Assembly (NCBI RefSeq): GCF_009914755.1
Contig: NC_060942.1
Length of the DNA: 64,000 bases
Source: the human T2T-CHM13v2.0 reference genome, Homo sapiens
Direction: 5' to 3' (one strand)
Each line of letters starts with the position of its first letter. The stretch's first letter is position 1. A program made the position numbers and the translations under genes. The notes under the pieces are model-generated. The model searched no databases. It worked only from the letters and a program-made list of their open reading frames with translations, and was not told where the DNA came from. Positions 31,715 to 52,912 of the stretch are shown piece by piece.

Positions 31715-32300
31715 TGGGGGTGGGCAGTGCCAAGGCCCTTGCACCCCTAAAGATTTGCTGAAAAAAATCACTAACCTTAGGCAGATTGATTAATAAGAGA
31801 AAAGGCATACAAATTTAATTAATGTGTATACGTGGTAGCCTTGAGAACGAAGAACCAACCCACCAGTGAAGTACAGAAACTTCTAGGCCATCTTGAGGTT
31901 ACAGAAAGAATGTGGGTGCACAGTCAAAAAGCCCAAAACCAGGTCTTAGTGGCAAGACAGGTTAAGAGCAGGAAAAAGGAAGAGGCTTGGTTAGCAAAGG
32001 TGGTCTATTATGTAGATGATGCCTCACAGGTAGTAGCCCTCAGAGAAAATAGATGGAAAATGTCTGTTTTCAGAACTTTAAAGGTGTCAGACTCTCAGCT
32101 TACCTCTCCTAGATCTGGAGAGACCTAGAAAGGGAAGGCCTGGCTGCATTAATGAAGATTCTCTACAAATACAAATTCCACACCCCCCACAAAAGAAAAA
32201 ACAGCTTTGCAGAGCCACCTCCCTCTGCTGGCCCTGCAGCTGTCATTTCAAAATATGTCAAAGAAATATACTTGGGGGTAAAATATTTTTATTTCCTTCA
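31715..32300 (-). mobile_element. ERV1 solo LTR (MER39/MER34-like)
   Basis: Reverse strand begins tgaaggaaataaaaatattttacccccaagtatatttctttgacata; left end approximate. Confidence 0.65.
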
Positions 32301-32384
32301 GAAGATCTATACTTAAGATTTATGACTTAAACAGAAGTTCACACTGTCTTACCACAGGCATATCAGATGATCTTTCTGGTTTAA

Positions 32385-32882
32385 CCCTTTTCCCATTTAC
32401 CGCAACAAGACTCATTGGCAGTGCTTGCAGCTGCAGCATTTACCCCGAGATAACTTTGCCACAAAATATCTCACTTTTATTATCAGTTTCACATTGCTCT
32501 AGTATATTGACTTTGTAAACAAAAGACATCATTCTATTTATAGCATCCTGATTTAGTGGTGGTATTTCCGTTTACAAAATAGAATAATTCCCAATAGCTG
32601 AAAATGTCAAATCCTAGAAGACAGCATTCCTGTGCATAATGTTAACATCATTCTCGAACATTTGTTGGCCAAAGATTTGATGAATCCAAGTTTTACAAAA
32701 TAGATGATTCCGATGATTCTGATGTTAGTTCTGTTTAGAAATAACTCCAACAACAGCTTTTATATTTTATTTTTCGCATTGAAAATCAGTCAGATTTGCT
32801 TCAGCCTCAAAGAACGTGTTTATGTAAAATGAAATGAGCGCTGGTAACAAGCTGCACTTATTTTTTCTAAATGGGAAAAGGG
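32385..32882. mobile_element. MER75-like piggyBac MITE
   Basis: Perfect 14-bp TIRs cccttttcccattt / aaatgggaaaaggg flanked by TTAA TSDs (32381-32384, 32883-32886). Confidence 0.92.
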
Positions 32883-33259
32883 TTAAATTTCATTGCCTCA
32901 TGCAACACTATACTCAAGATAAAATTGTATGGCATACCAGATGACCACATAGGAGTACGTAGATATTCCACATGACTCGTGTGATTTTCAGCACAAACCT
33001 CTTGGCTACTGCCTACAAATTAGACAGGGACTTGCTTTCTTGGTAAACTGACATCTACCTTTAGGATGCCCCATCCTAAAGTATCACTCAAGGCCCATTT
33101 TGGCATGTCAATTTACATTCTTAGAAAAAGACATACCCTTTTAAATAACTTAATTCATGAAGAAGGAAAACTGATCCTGAATTTGTGAACTTGACTCTCA
33201 TCCTAGGCTGCTTTTTTCTTTCCACACACCTCCTCATGTCAAGCTTTAAAGTAGGCTTG

Positions 33260-33630
<371 letters not shown>

Positions 33631-33988
33631 CTAGACAATGTCCCTAAGGGTATAGATCTCCTCAGCAGCGAATTTCATGAGAGTGACCGACAGTAGTTTG
33701 AAAAAGGGCAGCCCTGGTCACGCAGTGTTCAAGACAGCTCATGTGTCATCTTACGGGAAGAATGCTGTCCTTGATCCCACAAAATTTTCCAGAATCTTTA
33801 ATATTCCCACAAGGATCTGGAAAACATATGATGAAATCAGATGATCTTTCTTGTTTAACCCTTTCCCACTATGTCCACTACGACAGGCTCCACAGATCAA
33901 GGATGGGATATATTCCCTGGTTTATTTGGCTATTCTTGGCTCCTAGCCTAAAAGTGAGCTATACACTCTGATCATGATCCTTCTTCTT

Positions 33989-35534
<1,546 letters not shown>

Positions 35535-35796
35535 TCTTAGAATTTGCATGCTTTGCAGGGTTCAGATGTGTAATCCTCCAGGTCTAAAATTCTGTTACTC
35601 AGCCACTGTCTCACCAAATGATCCAACAAATGACCATTCGACAGACACTACAAAACATTATAAAGTTTGCTGAAACTCAAGTGACCTCCCACACAGCTAC
35701 AGATACTGTGACCAGCACTGTGGATCTAGAACGAGCACTGCCCTGAGAAGGTAACCATCCTGGAATCTTGGTTTAAGTGTAACTAAAAGATGGGGC

Positions 35797-36508
<712 letters not shown>

Positions 36509-36702
36509 GATTTCTCTCCAACCATCTTGTGTGAGGCCTTTGACTGAAGCCACCTGGATGAACTTGGATAAAGATGTGCTTTGCCCCCATGTGGAGGTGA
36601 TTGTCAGGACCCCATATGGCCATCTGGATGACCTCCTCCTTGCCCAAACAGGAGAGCCTAGCATCTGGTAGGCACACATTTGTTGGAGAAAAATAAGCCA
36701 CC

Positions 36703-37085
<383 letters not shown>

Positions 37086-37683
37086 TCAGGAAAATTAATG
37101 AGAAGCAAAAGCTTCAAATGCATAAAGATGTTCCCAGTTGATAATAAAACCGTTCTTGCAGAGCAGAGCCACAGGCTATCTTTGTGCTGCAAGTTGAACC
37201 AGGTAGATATTTTTTAATTTTCTTCATTTCTTTTCAACTTCTCAAGTCTTCTCCAAGGAAAGACCATGGTACAGTGCAGACTTGGAGTAATTTTAACCAT
37301 TACAATCGGTACAGAAGATGCTACAAGAAACACACCAGTAGGCTGGATGCAGGAAAGGGTCCAAAGAAACAGGGACACAGGCATTCAGGGCCTGTGCCTG
37401 TGAATAATGCAAGCTCATGGCTCTTTGGCAGTAGGGTGAGAGCTCACAGAAGTCTCACCAGGCCCCTGCTTCTGCTGGGATATTGCCTAGAAGAATTTTG
37501 TCTGCTCCAATAACACCTCTCTTATATCTACTTGTCTCTTATTCTTGATAAGGAACCAAACAATGCAAAGAATATGGGAAAGAACATTTCAGGCAGAAGA
37601 GCCAGCCCATGGGAGCCTTAGTGGGGGAGTGGTATTCATGGAGAAGCCGAAAGACCATGACGCATGAAAAAGAAAGTGGCCTC

Positions 37684-37980
37684 GGCCGGGCGTGGTGTCT
37701 CCTGCCTGTAATCCAAACACTTTGGGAGGCTGAGACAGGTGGATCATGCGGTCAGGAGTTCAGGACCAGCCTGGCCAAGATGGTGAAACCCCATCTCTAC
37801 TAAAAATACGAAAAAAAAAAAAATTAACCAGGCATGGTGGCAGGCACCTATAATCCCAGCTACTTGGGAGGCCAAGACAGAGAATTGCTGGAACCTGGGA
37901 GGCAGAGGTTGCAGTGAGCCGAGATCGTGCCACTACACTCCAACCTGGGTGACAGACAGAGACGCCGTCTCAAAAAAAAG
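37684..37980 (+). mobile_element. Alu (AluS-like)
   Basis: Full dimer; TSD containing aaagtggcct. Confidence 0.93.
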
Positions 37981-38329
37981 AAAAGTGGCCTGACATGAGG
38001 CTGGCAGGGAGGAGGGAGGCAGTATGCTGCTATCTTAGTATGAACACTTTTCTAAGTTAATTAAGACAACTTCATATTTACACCTCTGCTGCTGAGACAT
38101 GAATCAAGTAAATGCCTTTTTTAAGACTGCTCAAACCTATTTTCTGTTCTCTTTTCCCTGTCCTCTACTCAAGGAATTCTCATTTACTTGCTTAATCATA
38201 AAACTGTGGTTTGTGTTTGCATTTTTTGGGTGGTCTTTCTTCAGTGTCTCCTAACTGCCCCTGGTCATACTTTGCTTCTTCTTGGCCTCTCTGCTTTTTG
38301 GGGTTCAGTTTTTTAATGAGAAGGGACCT

Positions 38330-38621
38330 TATTTTATTTTGAGTCAGAGTCTTGCTCTGTCGCCCAGGCTGGAGTACAGTGATATGATCTTGGTTCACTG
38401 CTGCCTTGACCTCTGGGTTCGAGGGATCCTCCATCCTCAGCCTCCCGAGTAGATGGGACGACAGGTGCATGCCACCACACAGGCTAATTTTTTTAATCTT
38501 TTGTAGAGACAAGGTTTCACCATGTTGCCTAGGCTGGTCTTGAACTCCTGGGCTCAAGTAATCCTCTCATCTCGGCCTCCCAAATTGCTGGGACTACAGG
38601 GATGAGTCACTACCCTCAGCC
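38330..38621 (-). mobile_element. Alu (AluJ-like)
   Basis: Diverged full dimer. Confidence 0.88.
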
Positions 38622-40289
38622 CAGAAAAAAAATCTCAGGACCCCCAAACTTGCTATGCCTAAAAGGGCTCTTAACTACATCAGTGAGAGGGGTCTTCAAG
38701 GAAGGAACAGAGCTTCCTTTCCTTCCTCCAGCATTTAGGGGTGCCCTAAACCTAGAATGGCCAAGAGCACCCAGTAGGTGATCTGGGAATCTGCCTGCTC
38801 TCAGGATGCAAACCACTTGTCAATTTAGAGTTTTTACCTAATTAGTCTGCATTCGTGAACTTTTAGAGCCTAGCCATCTGCCAGTAAAGAACTTGAGTTT
38901 AGTCAAAACATGGAAACCTTGAGTTAAATCAGCAAGAAAACAGAGTACCTGCAATGAAGTCTGGGGTGGGGGGAGGTGTCAAGGGTCATAACATCCTTAT
39001 ATTCAGATTCCATTGCATAATTGATCAGAAGTTTGTGCTGTGAAATCTGTAGGTCTGGTTTGTTGAACGAGGTAATGGGGGAAGCTGGACTCTTACTGGG
39101 CTGAGAAATACAAGGCTTCAAAGGCTAGTAAAGGGATTTCATTTTCTTTAGTCATATGGTTAAACACAGGAACCTTGATGAGGAGATTTACGGGTTGCTT
39201 TCTCAGATCAAGAACTTTTTAGAATTATGACTCTCTCCCTAGTGGTTTGCCAGCTGCTGCATTCTTATTGATATAACAAAACATTTGAACATGCTGAAAT
39301 TAACCTTTAGGAACAAAAAGAGAGGAGAGAGAGAACTACTGATTTCTTCAAGAAAGTAGACGTAAGCACACTGAAACTCTGTGCTGATACAGGAACCATC
39401 TGCCTAGCAGCTATGGCCCTGAAATCACTGAAGAAAGATAAAGATGCCGCTCCCTGGTAGGTACTCAGACGATTTCATATGGCAGATGGAGTCTTCCTGC
39501 TGGGGGCTTCAGGAAAAGCCACCGCCGTTGCCTAGTTCAGACCAGAAAGTCTTCCTAGTCTACGCCAAAACATTACATCATCTTCTCAACATGGCTCCAG
39601 ATCCCCTCCCAGACAACCCCCTTTACCAAAGGGTCAGAGCTGAGGTATCTTTGTGATTCTTCACCAAGAACTTTTGTATTGCACCTATTATTCACAACTC
39701 ACATATAGGTGCGGGTGGTCTCTTCAGCAGCCAACGCCATGTATCAAAAGCACGTAATGGAGAAGTCATGTGACAGGTGGTCAAGGGATCCTCCATCCTC
39801 AGCCTCCTGTCGTCTTTTTCTTTTCTATGTCCTTAACAACAGGAGGCTGATATATTCTGAAGACATGAGTTGCCATCTAAAAGAGGAGTAGAGTAAAGCA
39901 GGAAGTCTATGAGCTCTGGGATTTCACAGCCTAGGCTGCTCTGAACCTTTCGCCTGCTGTGTGGATTGGGCTAATGTTCTTTTCTGTCTTATAAACAATA
40001 TGATTTCTTCAAGCACATATTTTGTATGGTATTTTTAGTCTTCTTCATTGGCAGCATTGTTCCAAATTACAGTCCACCATTATCAAAACTGGAAGCTCTA
40101 TAGCTAATTTCAAAAGATCTTTATTGACAAGACAGCCATTGTGCCAGCACAGAGTATTTTGACTTCTGAAAAAGAAAACCTATCCATAGCTAAGATGACA
40201 ACAGCCAAAAATTCAGAAGTTTTATACTTTGCCCTAATTTTTATTTTACATCAAAATTAAATATCATTAATATTAGCCCTTTGCAGAAT

Positions 40290-40520
40290 TGGAGATCTGC
40301 ATCCCATGTGGACTGAGCTCTGGAGCTAAGTTCCCTGGTTCAAATCAAGGTTCTTCCACTTGCAAGCTGTATGACATTGAGTATATTGTTGACCCTCTCA
40401 ACGCTTCATTTCCTCATGTGTGCAATCAGCATAATAGTTCTACCCTGTAAGGTTGTGATGGGTTTTAAATGGTTTAGCCCAACATCTAGCACATAGTAGG
40501 TTCTCAGTGAGTGTTAGCTA
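40290..40520. mobile_element. MIR
   Basis: cctggttcaaatc...cttcatttcctcatgtgtgcaat...cacatagtaggttctcagtgagtgttagcta. Confidence 0.75.
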
Positions 40521-40789
40521 GTGGTATTGAAAGGAACATAGAGTGAGCGGCATCATTTTGTGGAAAATTATTCTTCAACTCCAAGACCTTTCTGAGAAAT
40601 TGTTCAGGGATCAGTCTAGTGCATAAATCAGAAAGACCTCAGGAGTAATGAAGAAAGAGAAGACTTCCAACCTGAATACATCGTATTGAAGCATACACAT
40701 ATCAAATAGCATTTTTAAAAGGTAAAAACCCACAAAGATAGAGACAATGAGAGAAAATAACATCAGATGAGAGATACAACAAAATGTTA

Positions 40790-41576
<787 letters not shown>

Positions 41577-42939
41577 CTACCTAAAAAAGCAAAGCCAGAA
41601 AGCAGCAAGTAAAACTATGCCCCATAAAGTATTAGAAATTATAGGCATCAACCAATGTTGAAGATAAAGAGGGGTATGCTGGAAACAGCAAAACCGGTAG
41701 AAGGTATGAAGTAAAGGGCAGTTCATTCCCCAAAGTCACCTACTCTGACCAGGCAGAATACAAAAGATTTACTCTTTGAGAAAAAACAAAATCAGGCCTA
41801 TGGGATCTGGGCCTCAGAACACCAGGCACAGAAAAAAGGAGGGACAAGGTAAGGGGCTAAATGCAAAAACACCAAAAAAAATTGAGTCCCACAGTCTACT
41901 TTCCCTACTCAGAACTCAAAATCCTGGCAGCAGCCTTCTGGCCCAAAGACAGAAGACTGTAAAGTCCTCTCAGAGAAACTGACAGGCACAGAGAGTAACA
42001 GATACTGGTGTTTGGGGTCCCTCAAAGAAATCATTTGGTTCCCAATCAGTAATCCCACAAGAATTCCATTATTTAACCAACCACACACCCAGCTTCCAAC
42101 AAGCTCTTTAGTGCCTCACTCTTCAATATGAGCGGACAGACATATACTGAGAGACATTTTGATCAGTCAACATTTACTCAGTGGTGCTTTAGTAACAAAG
42201 ACAATGAATGAGAACAGTTTACAAAACCAAAGGCATAAACTTCTGGCTCCGGCTCCAGCATCTGAGGATCATGGAAGTCATCACCCCCATCACCGTGGCA
42301 AGAAGAGAACAGAACAAACTGAAAATCATCAAGTCTTCTTAGACGCGTCAGATAATTGAGACTTCAGGGCAATCACCACCTTAAAAAAAGGAGAATCAAG
42401 CAGGTATATACAGATAATCATAGCTCACCGGGAGCAGAAGCCTGCCCTGGAGTCAGGACTGGAGTTAGAACACCTAAACTGTAATTGATGAATTCCTGGA
42501 GGCTCAGGGTGGACAAGCTTAAGAGTTGAAAACTCCAGGGAGTATGGAGGACAGACACATGGGGGAAACCCATACTTCCATGAATTTTACTTCCAGGAAC
42601 CCTACCAGGGTAGGCAGAAACAAGGACACCATAGAAAATTTTAGCAAACAGTAAACAGTAACAGCAAACAGCAAACAGTAAACACTGCCTAACTCCTAGC
42701 CAGATAAGCATAAAACCTCTCACTAAAGACCTATTTAACTCAGTTCCTCTTACCCAGTAAATGATGTTTGGCTTGGAACAAAATATTGCAAGGCAGACAA
42801 AAAGACAACATACAGTATGAAAAGACAGAGCATCAGAGCCAGACTCTGATATGGCAGAGATTTTTGAATTATCAGATCAGGAATTTACAACAATCCTAGT
42901 AAGATGATGAGAGTGCTAAAGGCAAAAATGGAAAACGTG

Positions 42940-43549
42940 TGTAAACCAAAAATAAAATTCTAAGCCCCCCACCCCAGCCATCTGAATAGACTCCCTCCTC
43001 TGGGCCAGAGCACTCCAAAGTTAGCCTGAAAAACTGCTTCAGGCCATGACAGGAAGGGGTGGTCAGACAGGCCTCATTATTTCCTCCTTCCTTTTAGAAT
43101 TCAGGAAAAACTGACCAGCCTTGAGCATCAACACAGCCTTTAGGTCTGATAAGAAACATTTACAATCTATTGTCTTTGGAGCATGCTACCTGGAGGCTTC
43201 AGCTTCATGATAAACTGTGGTCTCCACAACCTCTCATCACAGCCCAGACATTCCTTGCTATTGACAACTCTTTCAACCAATTGCCAATCAGAAAATTTTT
43301 AAATCTATCTATAAGCTGGAGGCCCACGCTTCAAGTTGCCCTGCCTTTCTGGACCAAACCAATGTATATCTTAAATGTATTTGATTAATGTCTCATGTCT
43401 CCCTAAAATGTATAAAATCAAGCTGTGCCCTGTCCACCTTGGGCACATGTTCTCCGGAGGGTTGTGTCACGAACCACCAGTCACTCATATTTGGCTCAGA
43501 ATAAATCTCTTCAAATATTTTACAGAGTTTGACTCTTTTTTCATCAACA
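42940..43549 (+). mobile_element. MER4-group solo LTR
   Basis: tgtaaaccaaaaataaaattctaagcccccc...tcatcaaca; TSD cgtg/catg. Confidence 0.85.
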
Positions 43550-44294
43550 CATGCAAGAAAAGTAGGTAGGTAAAGTAAGTAGACAGATAGAAATTCTAAA
43601 AAAGAATAGAAAATGTTATAAATAAACACTATAACAAGTGAAGAATGACTTTGATTAGTTCATCAATAGACTGGACATAGCAAGGAAAGAATCCGTGAGC
43701 TTGAAGAAATGTCAATAGAAACTTTTAAAACTGAATTGCAAAGAAAAAAGAATGAAGATGATAGAATATCAAGGAACTGTGGGACAATTATAACAGGTAT
43801 ACACATAATGCAAATACAAGGAAGCTTGGAGAATGCCAAGCAGGATAAATATCAAAACATTCTACACTTAGCATATCCTATCAAACTGCAGAAAACTAAA
43901 GATAGAGTAAATATTGAATGAAACCAGAAGAGAAAAATCACCTTACCTGTAGAGAAATAAGGATAATAACTACAATTGTACATCTCTTCAGAAACCATGA
44001 AAGCAAGAAGAGAGTGGAGTAAAATATTTAAAGCATTGGAAAAAAAAAAAACACCAACCTAGAGCTCTGTATCCAGCAAAATTAACAGTTAAAAGTAAAG
44101 GATAAATAAAGACTTTCTCAGACAACTAAAAACTAAGGAATTTATTGCCAGTAGACCTGTCTTGCAAAGATATAAAAATAAATTCTTCAAAGAGAAGGAA
44201 AATTATATGGGTCAGAACCTCAGATCTACATAAAGAAGACCATAAGAGAAGGAATGAATAAGGGTAAAATAAAATATTTCATTTTTCTGACTCT

Positions 44295-47495
<3,201 letters not shown>

Positions 47496-48005
47496 ATTTT
47501 TCTGACTATTATCTGCTAGATAACAGTTGGTTCAAAATAATAATAACAAATTTGGTGAGTATAGCTTATCCATAAGTGAAATGAATGATAGCAATGTTAC
47601 AAGGATAGGAGGAAGGAATTGGGAGTACTCTGTTACAGTGTACTTGCACTACCTGTGAAATGATACCATGTTCTTTGAAAGTGGACTTGGATTATTTGTA
47701 TGTTGCAAACCCTAGGGCAATAAGTTTAAATGATTTAAAGAATTAATATGCTGAGAGAAGGGAGAAAATGGCATCATAGGAATTAATAAAATGCTCAACT
47801 AAAACCAAAGAAGTGAAAAAAGAGAAGACAAACGAAAGGCAAGGGCAAAGGACAGAAAACAATAAATATGGTAGATTTTAATCTAACTACATCATTAATC
47901 ACATTACATGTCAACAGTCTAAATACACCAATTAAAAGACACTGACTATCAGAGTAGATCTGAAAAAACAATCCAACTATATCTTGTTTTTAAAAATCCA
48001 CTTTA

Positions 48006-48117
48006 TTTTATTTTTACAGCATTGCTTCAATCACATTTATTCCCATCTTACGGCAATTCACATGAGTATAACATTGAAATTTACATGCTAAGCTGTCAGT
48101 TTTTCCATAGGTTGAAG
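48006..48117 (-). other. ~110-bp polyadenylated retro-insert
   Basis: TSD aaatccacttta at 47994-48005 and 48118-48129; AATAAA (48036-48041, minus) ~20 nt before A tail. Confidence 0.75.
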
Positions 48118-48448
48118 AAATCCACTTTAAATACGAAGATACAGGTAGATTAAAAGTAAGTCTTTTAATTACGCTAACACTAATCAAAAGAAAGCTGGAT
48201 TAACTACATTGAGTTCAGACATTAAATTTGCTGTTGAGTCTGAAAACAAAGATTTGTTTCACATATATCTACATACACATATACACAAAAAACATATAAC
48301 AAAATAAGGAAGAAATAGTCATCAAAATTACATTATCCATTTCTGCAACCAGTCACAGCTGGTGTAGGTTGAGCATCCCAAATCCAAAACTTCAAAATCC
48401 GAAATGCTCCAAAACCTGAAACTTCAGAGCAAGGAAAGGTATCCGGGA

Positions 48449-48842
48449 TGATATGGTGTGGATCTGTCTCTGCCCAAATCTAATGTTGAACTGTATTCTC
48501 GGTGTTGGGAGGTGGGGCCAGGTGGGAGGTGATTGGATGATGGGGGCAGTTACTCATTAATAGGTTTAGCACCATCTCCCTTGGTACTGTCCTCACAATA
48601 GTAAGTTCTCCTGAGATCTGCTCATTTAAAAGCATGTAGCACCTTCCCCCCTCTCTCTTGCTTTTCTTCCCCTTTGCCTTCCGCTGTGATTATAACTTTT
48701 CCGAAGCCTCTCCAGAAGCCCGGCAGAAGTCGCCATGCTTCCTGTACGGTCTGCAGAACTGTGAGCCAACTAAACCTCTTTTCTGTATAAATTACCCAGT
48801 CTCAGGTATTTCTGTATGGCAGTGCTAAAACAGACTAACACA
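48449..48842 (+). mobile_element. MST-type MaLR solo LTR
   Basis: tgatatgg...cagactaacaca; 5-bp TSD (c/a)ggga. Confidence 0.88.
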
Positions 48843-49711
48843 AGGGATAAAGAGGGGCATTACAAGAAGTCAATTCTCCAGGAAGACATAACAATCCCTA
48901 AGGTGTGTGCACCCAACAGCAAAGCATCAAAACACACGAGACAAAAACAACAAGGAGAAATCATTAAGTACACTATTATAGTTGGAGACTTCAACACCCC
49001 TCTACCAGTAATGAACGGATCCAGCAGGCAAAATATCAGGAAGGACACAGCTGAACTGAACAGCACAATCAATCAATCAACTGTATCTATTTGACATTTA
49101 TAGAACACTTCATCCAGCAACAGCGATGTACACATTCTTTTCAAGCTCACATCATGGAGCATTCATCAAGACAGATCACATTCTGGGCCCTAAAACACAC
49201 CTTAGCAAACTTTAAAGGATAGAAATCGTACAATGTCTGCTGTCAAACAATAATGGAGTTAAACTAGAAATCCGTCACAAAAAGATAGCAAGAAAACCCC
49301 AAAATACTTGGAGATTAAACAATACACTTCTAAAGAACACTTCTGGGTCAAAGAAGAAGTCTCAAGAAATGTTAAAATATTTTCAACTAACTGGAAATGA
49401 AAATATAACTTATGAAAAGTTGTGGGCTGCTTTGAAGCAGTGCTTAGAGGAAAATGTATAGCACTGAATGTATGTATGAGAAAATAAGAAATATCTAAAA
49501 ATCAATAATCTAAGCTTTCACACTAGGAAATTTTTAAGTGTAAATTATGTTCAAAGTAAGCAAAAGAAAACAAATAATAAAAATTAGAACAAGAATCAAT
49601 GGAATGAAAAACTGTAAGGCAATAGAAAAAAATCAACAATATAAGCTGGGCTCCTTGAAAAAAATCATTCGAATGGATAATCATCTAGCCAGGAAAGAAA
49701 AGAGAGAGAAG

Positions 49712-50013
49712 AGGCAGCATGGTGGCTCATACCTGTAATCCCAGTACTTTAGGAGGCCAAGACAAAAGAATCCCTTGAGGCCAGGAGTTCAAGACCATCC
49801 TGGGCAATATAGCAAGACCCCCATCTCTATGAATAGTAAAAAATATAGAAATTAGCCAGGCGTGGTGGCATGTGCCTGTAGTCCTAGTTACGTGGGAGTC
49901 TGAGGCAGGCAGATCTCTTGATTTCAGGAGTTTGAGGCTGCAGTGAGCTATGATCATGCTATTGCACTGCAGTCTGGGTGACAGAATGAAATCCAGTCTC
50001 CAAAAAAAAAAAA
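49712..50013 (+). mobile_element. Alu (AluJ-like)
   Basis: Diverged full dimer; TSD aaaagag..aga-like. Confidence 0.9.
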
Positions 50014-52035
50014 AGAGAAGACTTCAATTTCTAATATCAGAAATGAAAGAAGGGGCATCATTACTAATCCTATGGACATAACAATAATAATAAAGGAATG
50101 TAATGAACAACTCTATGCCCCCAAATCTGATAACCTAGATGAAGCAGACCAATTCCTTGAAAGACATAATCTAGCAAAATTCACACTAAAAGCTTAATGT
50201 TACTAAGCTATACTCATAATTTAATATTATTAAACTATTGGTTTATAATAGTTAATAATCTGAATAGGCCTATATCTACTAAGAAAACTGAATCAATAAT
50301 TAATAACCTTCCAAAGCAGAAAGCTCCAAGCCCACTGGTGAATACTTTCAAACATTTAAGAAATTATACCAATTCTCAACAATCCGTTTCAGAAAATAGA
50401 AACAGAGGGAATATTTCCTAACTCATTCTATGAGGCCAGCATTACCTAATACCATAACCAGCCAAAGACATTATAAGAAAGGAAATCTAGAGACAAATTT
50501 GATAGATTATGAAAAGAGATGCAAAAGTCCCCAACAAAATATTAGCAGTACAACCAATGGGCATTATGAACCGACGAGCCGTAGGCAGGAAACAGCTGAC
50601 CACCAAACACTTATGGGAGGGAGGAGAAGATGGCATCCTACGAATAAAAGACCAGAGAAAGTAACAAGGTGCAGAAAACAGCTGAGAAGGGAAAAACTCT
50701 TCTGTGTACAAGCAAAAAATCCTTAGAAACATCTCCCACCCATTCAAGAAAGCATAAGAGAGAAAAGAGCAAAAATAATTGTCTGTTAGCACATACTGAG
50801 TAGGAAACAGAATTGGGAACAAAAGACCATGGAGGGCTTCCCCAGTGGAATTAGTACCACCCTGTGCATGATGCATCCCAGAGACCTAGAACCTGTCTGC
50901 TGCATCTCCAGAGGCAGCTGTGGAGAATGGTCAATCAAACTACCCCAACAGAGTACCCCAACGGCAATGACAATAAATTAAATGAGTTGTAAAAAGAAAA
51001 CAAAATGGTAAAGATAATTATACACCACAACCAAATGGGATTTGTTCCACTGAGAATGTGAAAATGTCCCAGAAAGAACTAATGAAAAATGACCCATGCA
51101 AAAAGCACATAATCAGAATTTCAGATTCTTTGGCCAAATACATTCTGAAAATAGTCTCAAGGGGAAAAGTGATCAGGAATAAGGATTTACCCAACTTCTA
51201 AGCAGAAACACAAGAACTTAGAAAACAATGCTGCAATTCAAAATTCTGCGGAAAATTTCTTACCAATTTACAATTTTATAGCTCTCTAAACTATCAATCC
51301 TAGTAAAGGAAGAGGGTCTTTTCACACATGCAAGGTTTCAAATGTTTTACCTGTTATGCACAAGTGATCATGGATCCACGGGAGAGGGTTTGCTTCACAG
51401 CACTGAGAAAGGACGCCGAGAGTGGGAGTCAGTAAACGGAATTCCACACAAAAGAAATCTGATAGAAATTCCCAGAATAATAATGAAGATATCTAGTAAC
51501 CAAACGTATAAAGTAATTTTAAATATGCAGTCTCTTTATAAGAAAATTTAAAAGCTTTACTGAAAAACATTAAAGAAGAGCTAAATATATGAGGTGATAG
51601 ATCTTGTCGTTAGACAGGCTCAAGGTCAAAAAATAATTCTTCCAAAATTAATTCATAGATTTAGTCTAAGTCCAGCTCAGACTTCAGTGGTGATAAAGTT
51701 TATAAGCTGGTTATAAAATTTATTTTGAAATACAAATTGGCAAACATGTCAAAGACATTCCAGAAGAGAGCAATATGAGCCAGGTAGGAGTGCGCAGAGC
51801 CTGCTGGCATGGAGGTTTACTTTAAAGCTGTGCTGATTTAAGGCTCTGGGGGTAGAAAGCGGGAAAGCAGAAAGCAGACGATCCTAGGGTTCCCACAGAA
51901 CCAGTCAGAGTTCACATTTCCCCTAGCTGGAGTGGAATAAACCTAATCCAGAAAGGGTATCACCTCACCAGGGGGCAAAATAACCCATAAAGTAAGGTCA
52001 TTTCAGTCTCAAAGGATCAAACCGTTTCCAGGTAA

Positions 52036-52912
52036 TTTTTTTACATTCACAACAACTAGTGTTTATTGAGAATGGGTAACTTGCATTACAAATATTACCT
52101 AATTTAATGCTCTTTACAACCCTATAACTTAGGTATGTTATTGTCTCTATTTTGGCAAATGAGGAAATGGAGGCACAGAGAAGTTAATAACTTGCTCTAG
52201 GTCACACACAATTCAGACATAGTAGTGCCAGAATGCATAAGGAACCTTCCTTTTAAGATTAATGTAAGGCTCAGAGATAGCCCTCAAAAAGTTTCTGGCC
52301 ACATGGGAACTTTTATTACTGCAGTGAAAGCAGCCCTTGTGCTAATTGGCACAAGATTACTAATTGGCATTGGTCACTTTCTGTGATCAGAGCCAGCAGC
52401 CCTGCTCACTGTTAGAGAGTTAAGTCAAACCGCTGACTCATGGTTATTTTACTCTTCCATGGTTCAGAGGAAACAGAGGCCAGTCTGCTTTCTTCTATTA
52501 GCATTTCCTATATAAAGTCTTCTATTAGCATTTCCTATATAAAATAAACCTCATAAATCTCTACAAGGGGTTACATTCTCCATTACTCAGCTCCTGCATT
52601 TCTTTTTTTTTTTTTTCCCTATAGGTTACTGGGGAACAGGTGGTGTCTGTAACAAGAGCAAGTTCTTTAGCGGTGATTTGTGAGATTTTGGTGCACTGAT
52701 CACCCAAGCAGTACACACTGTACTCAATTTGTATTCTTTTATCCCTCTCCCCTTCCTACCTTTTCCCCCTGGGTCTCCAAAGTCCATTGTGTCATTCTTA
52801 TGCCTTTGCATCCTCATAGCTTAGCTCCCACTTATGAGTGAGAACATACAATGTTTGGTTTTCCATTCCTGAGTTACTTCACTTAGAATAATAGTCTCCA
52901 ATCTCATCCAGA
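52036..52912 (-). mobile_element. 5'-truncated L1PB-like 3' end (52600-52912) with ~560-bp 3' transduction
   Basis: TSD tttcc(ag/ca)gtaattt at 52025-52038 and 52913-52926; two A tails; AATAAA at 52062-52067 (minus). Confidence 0.8.
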
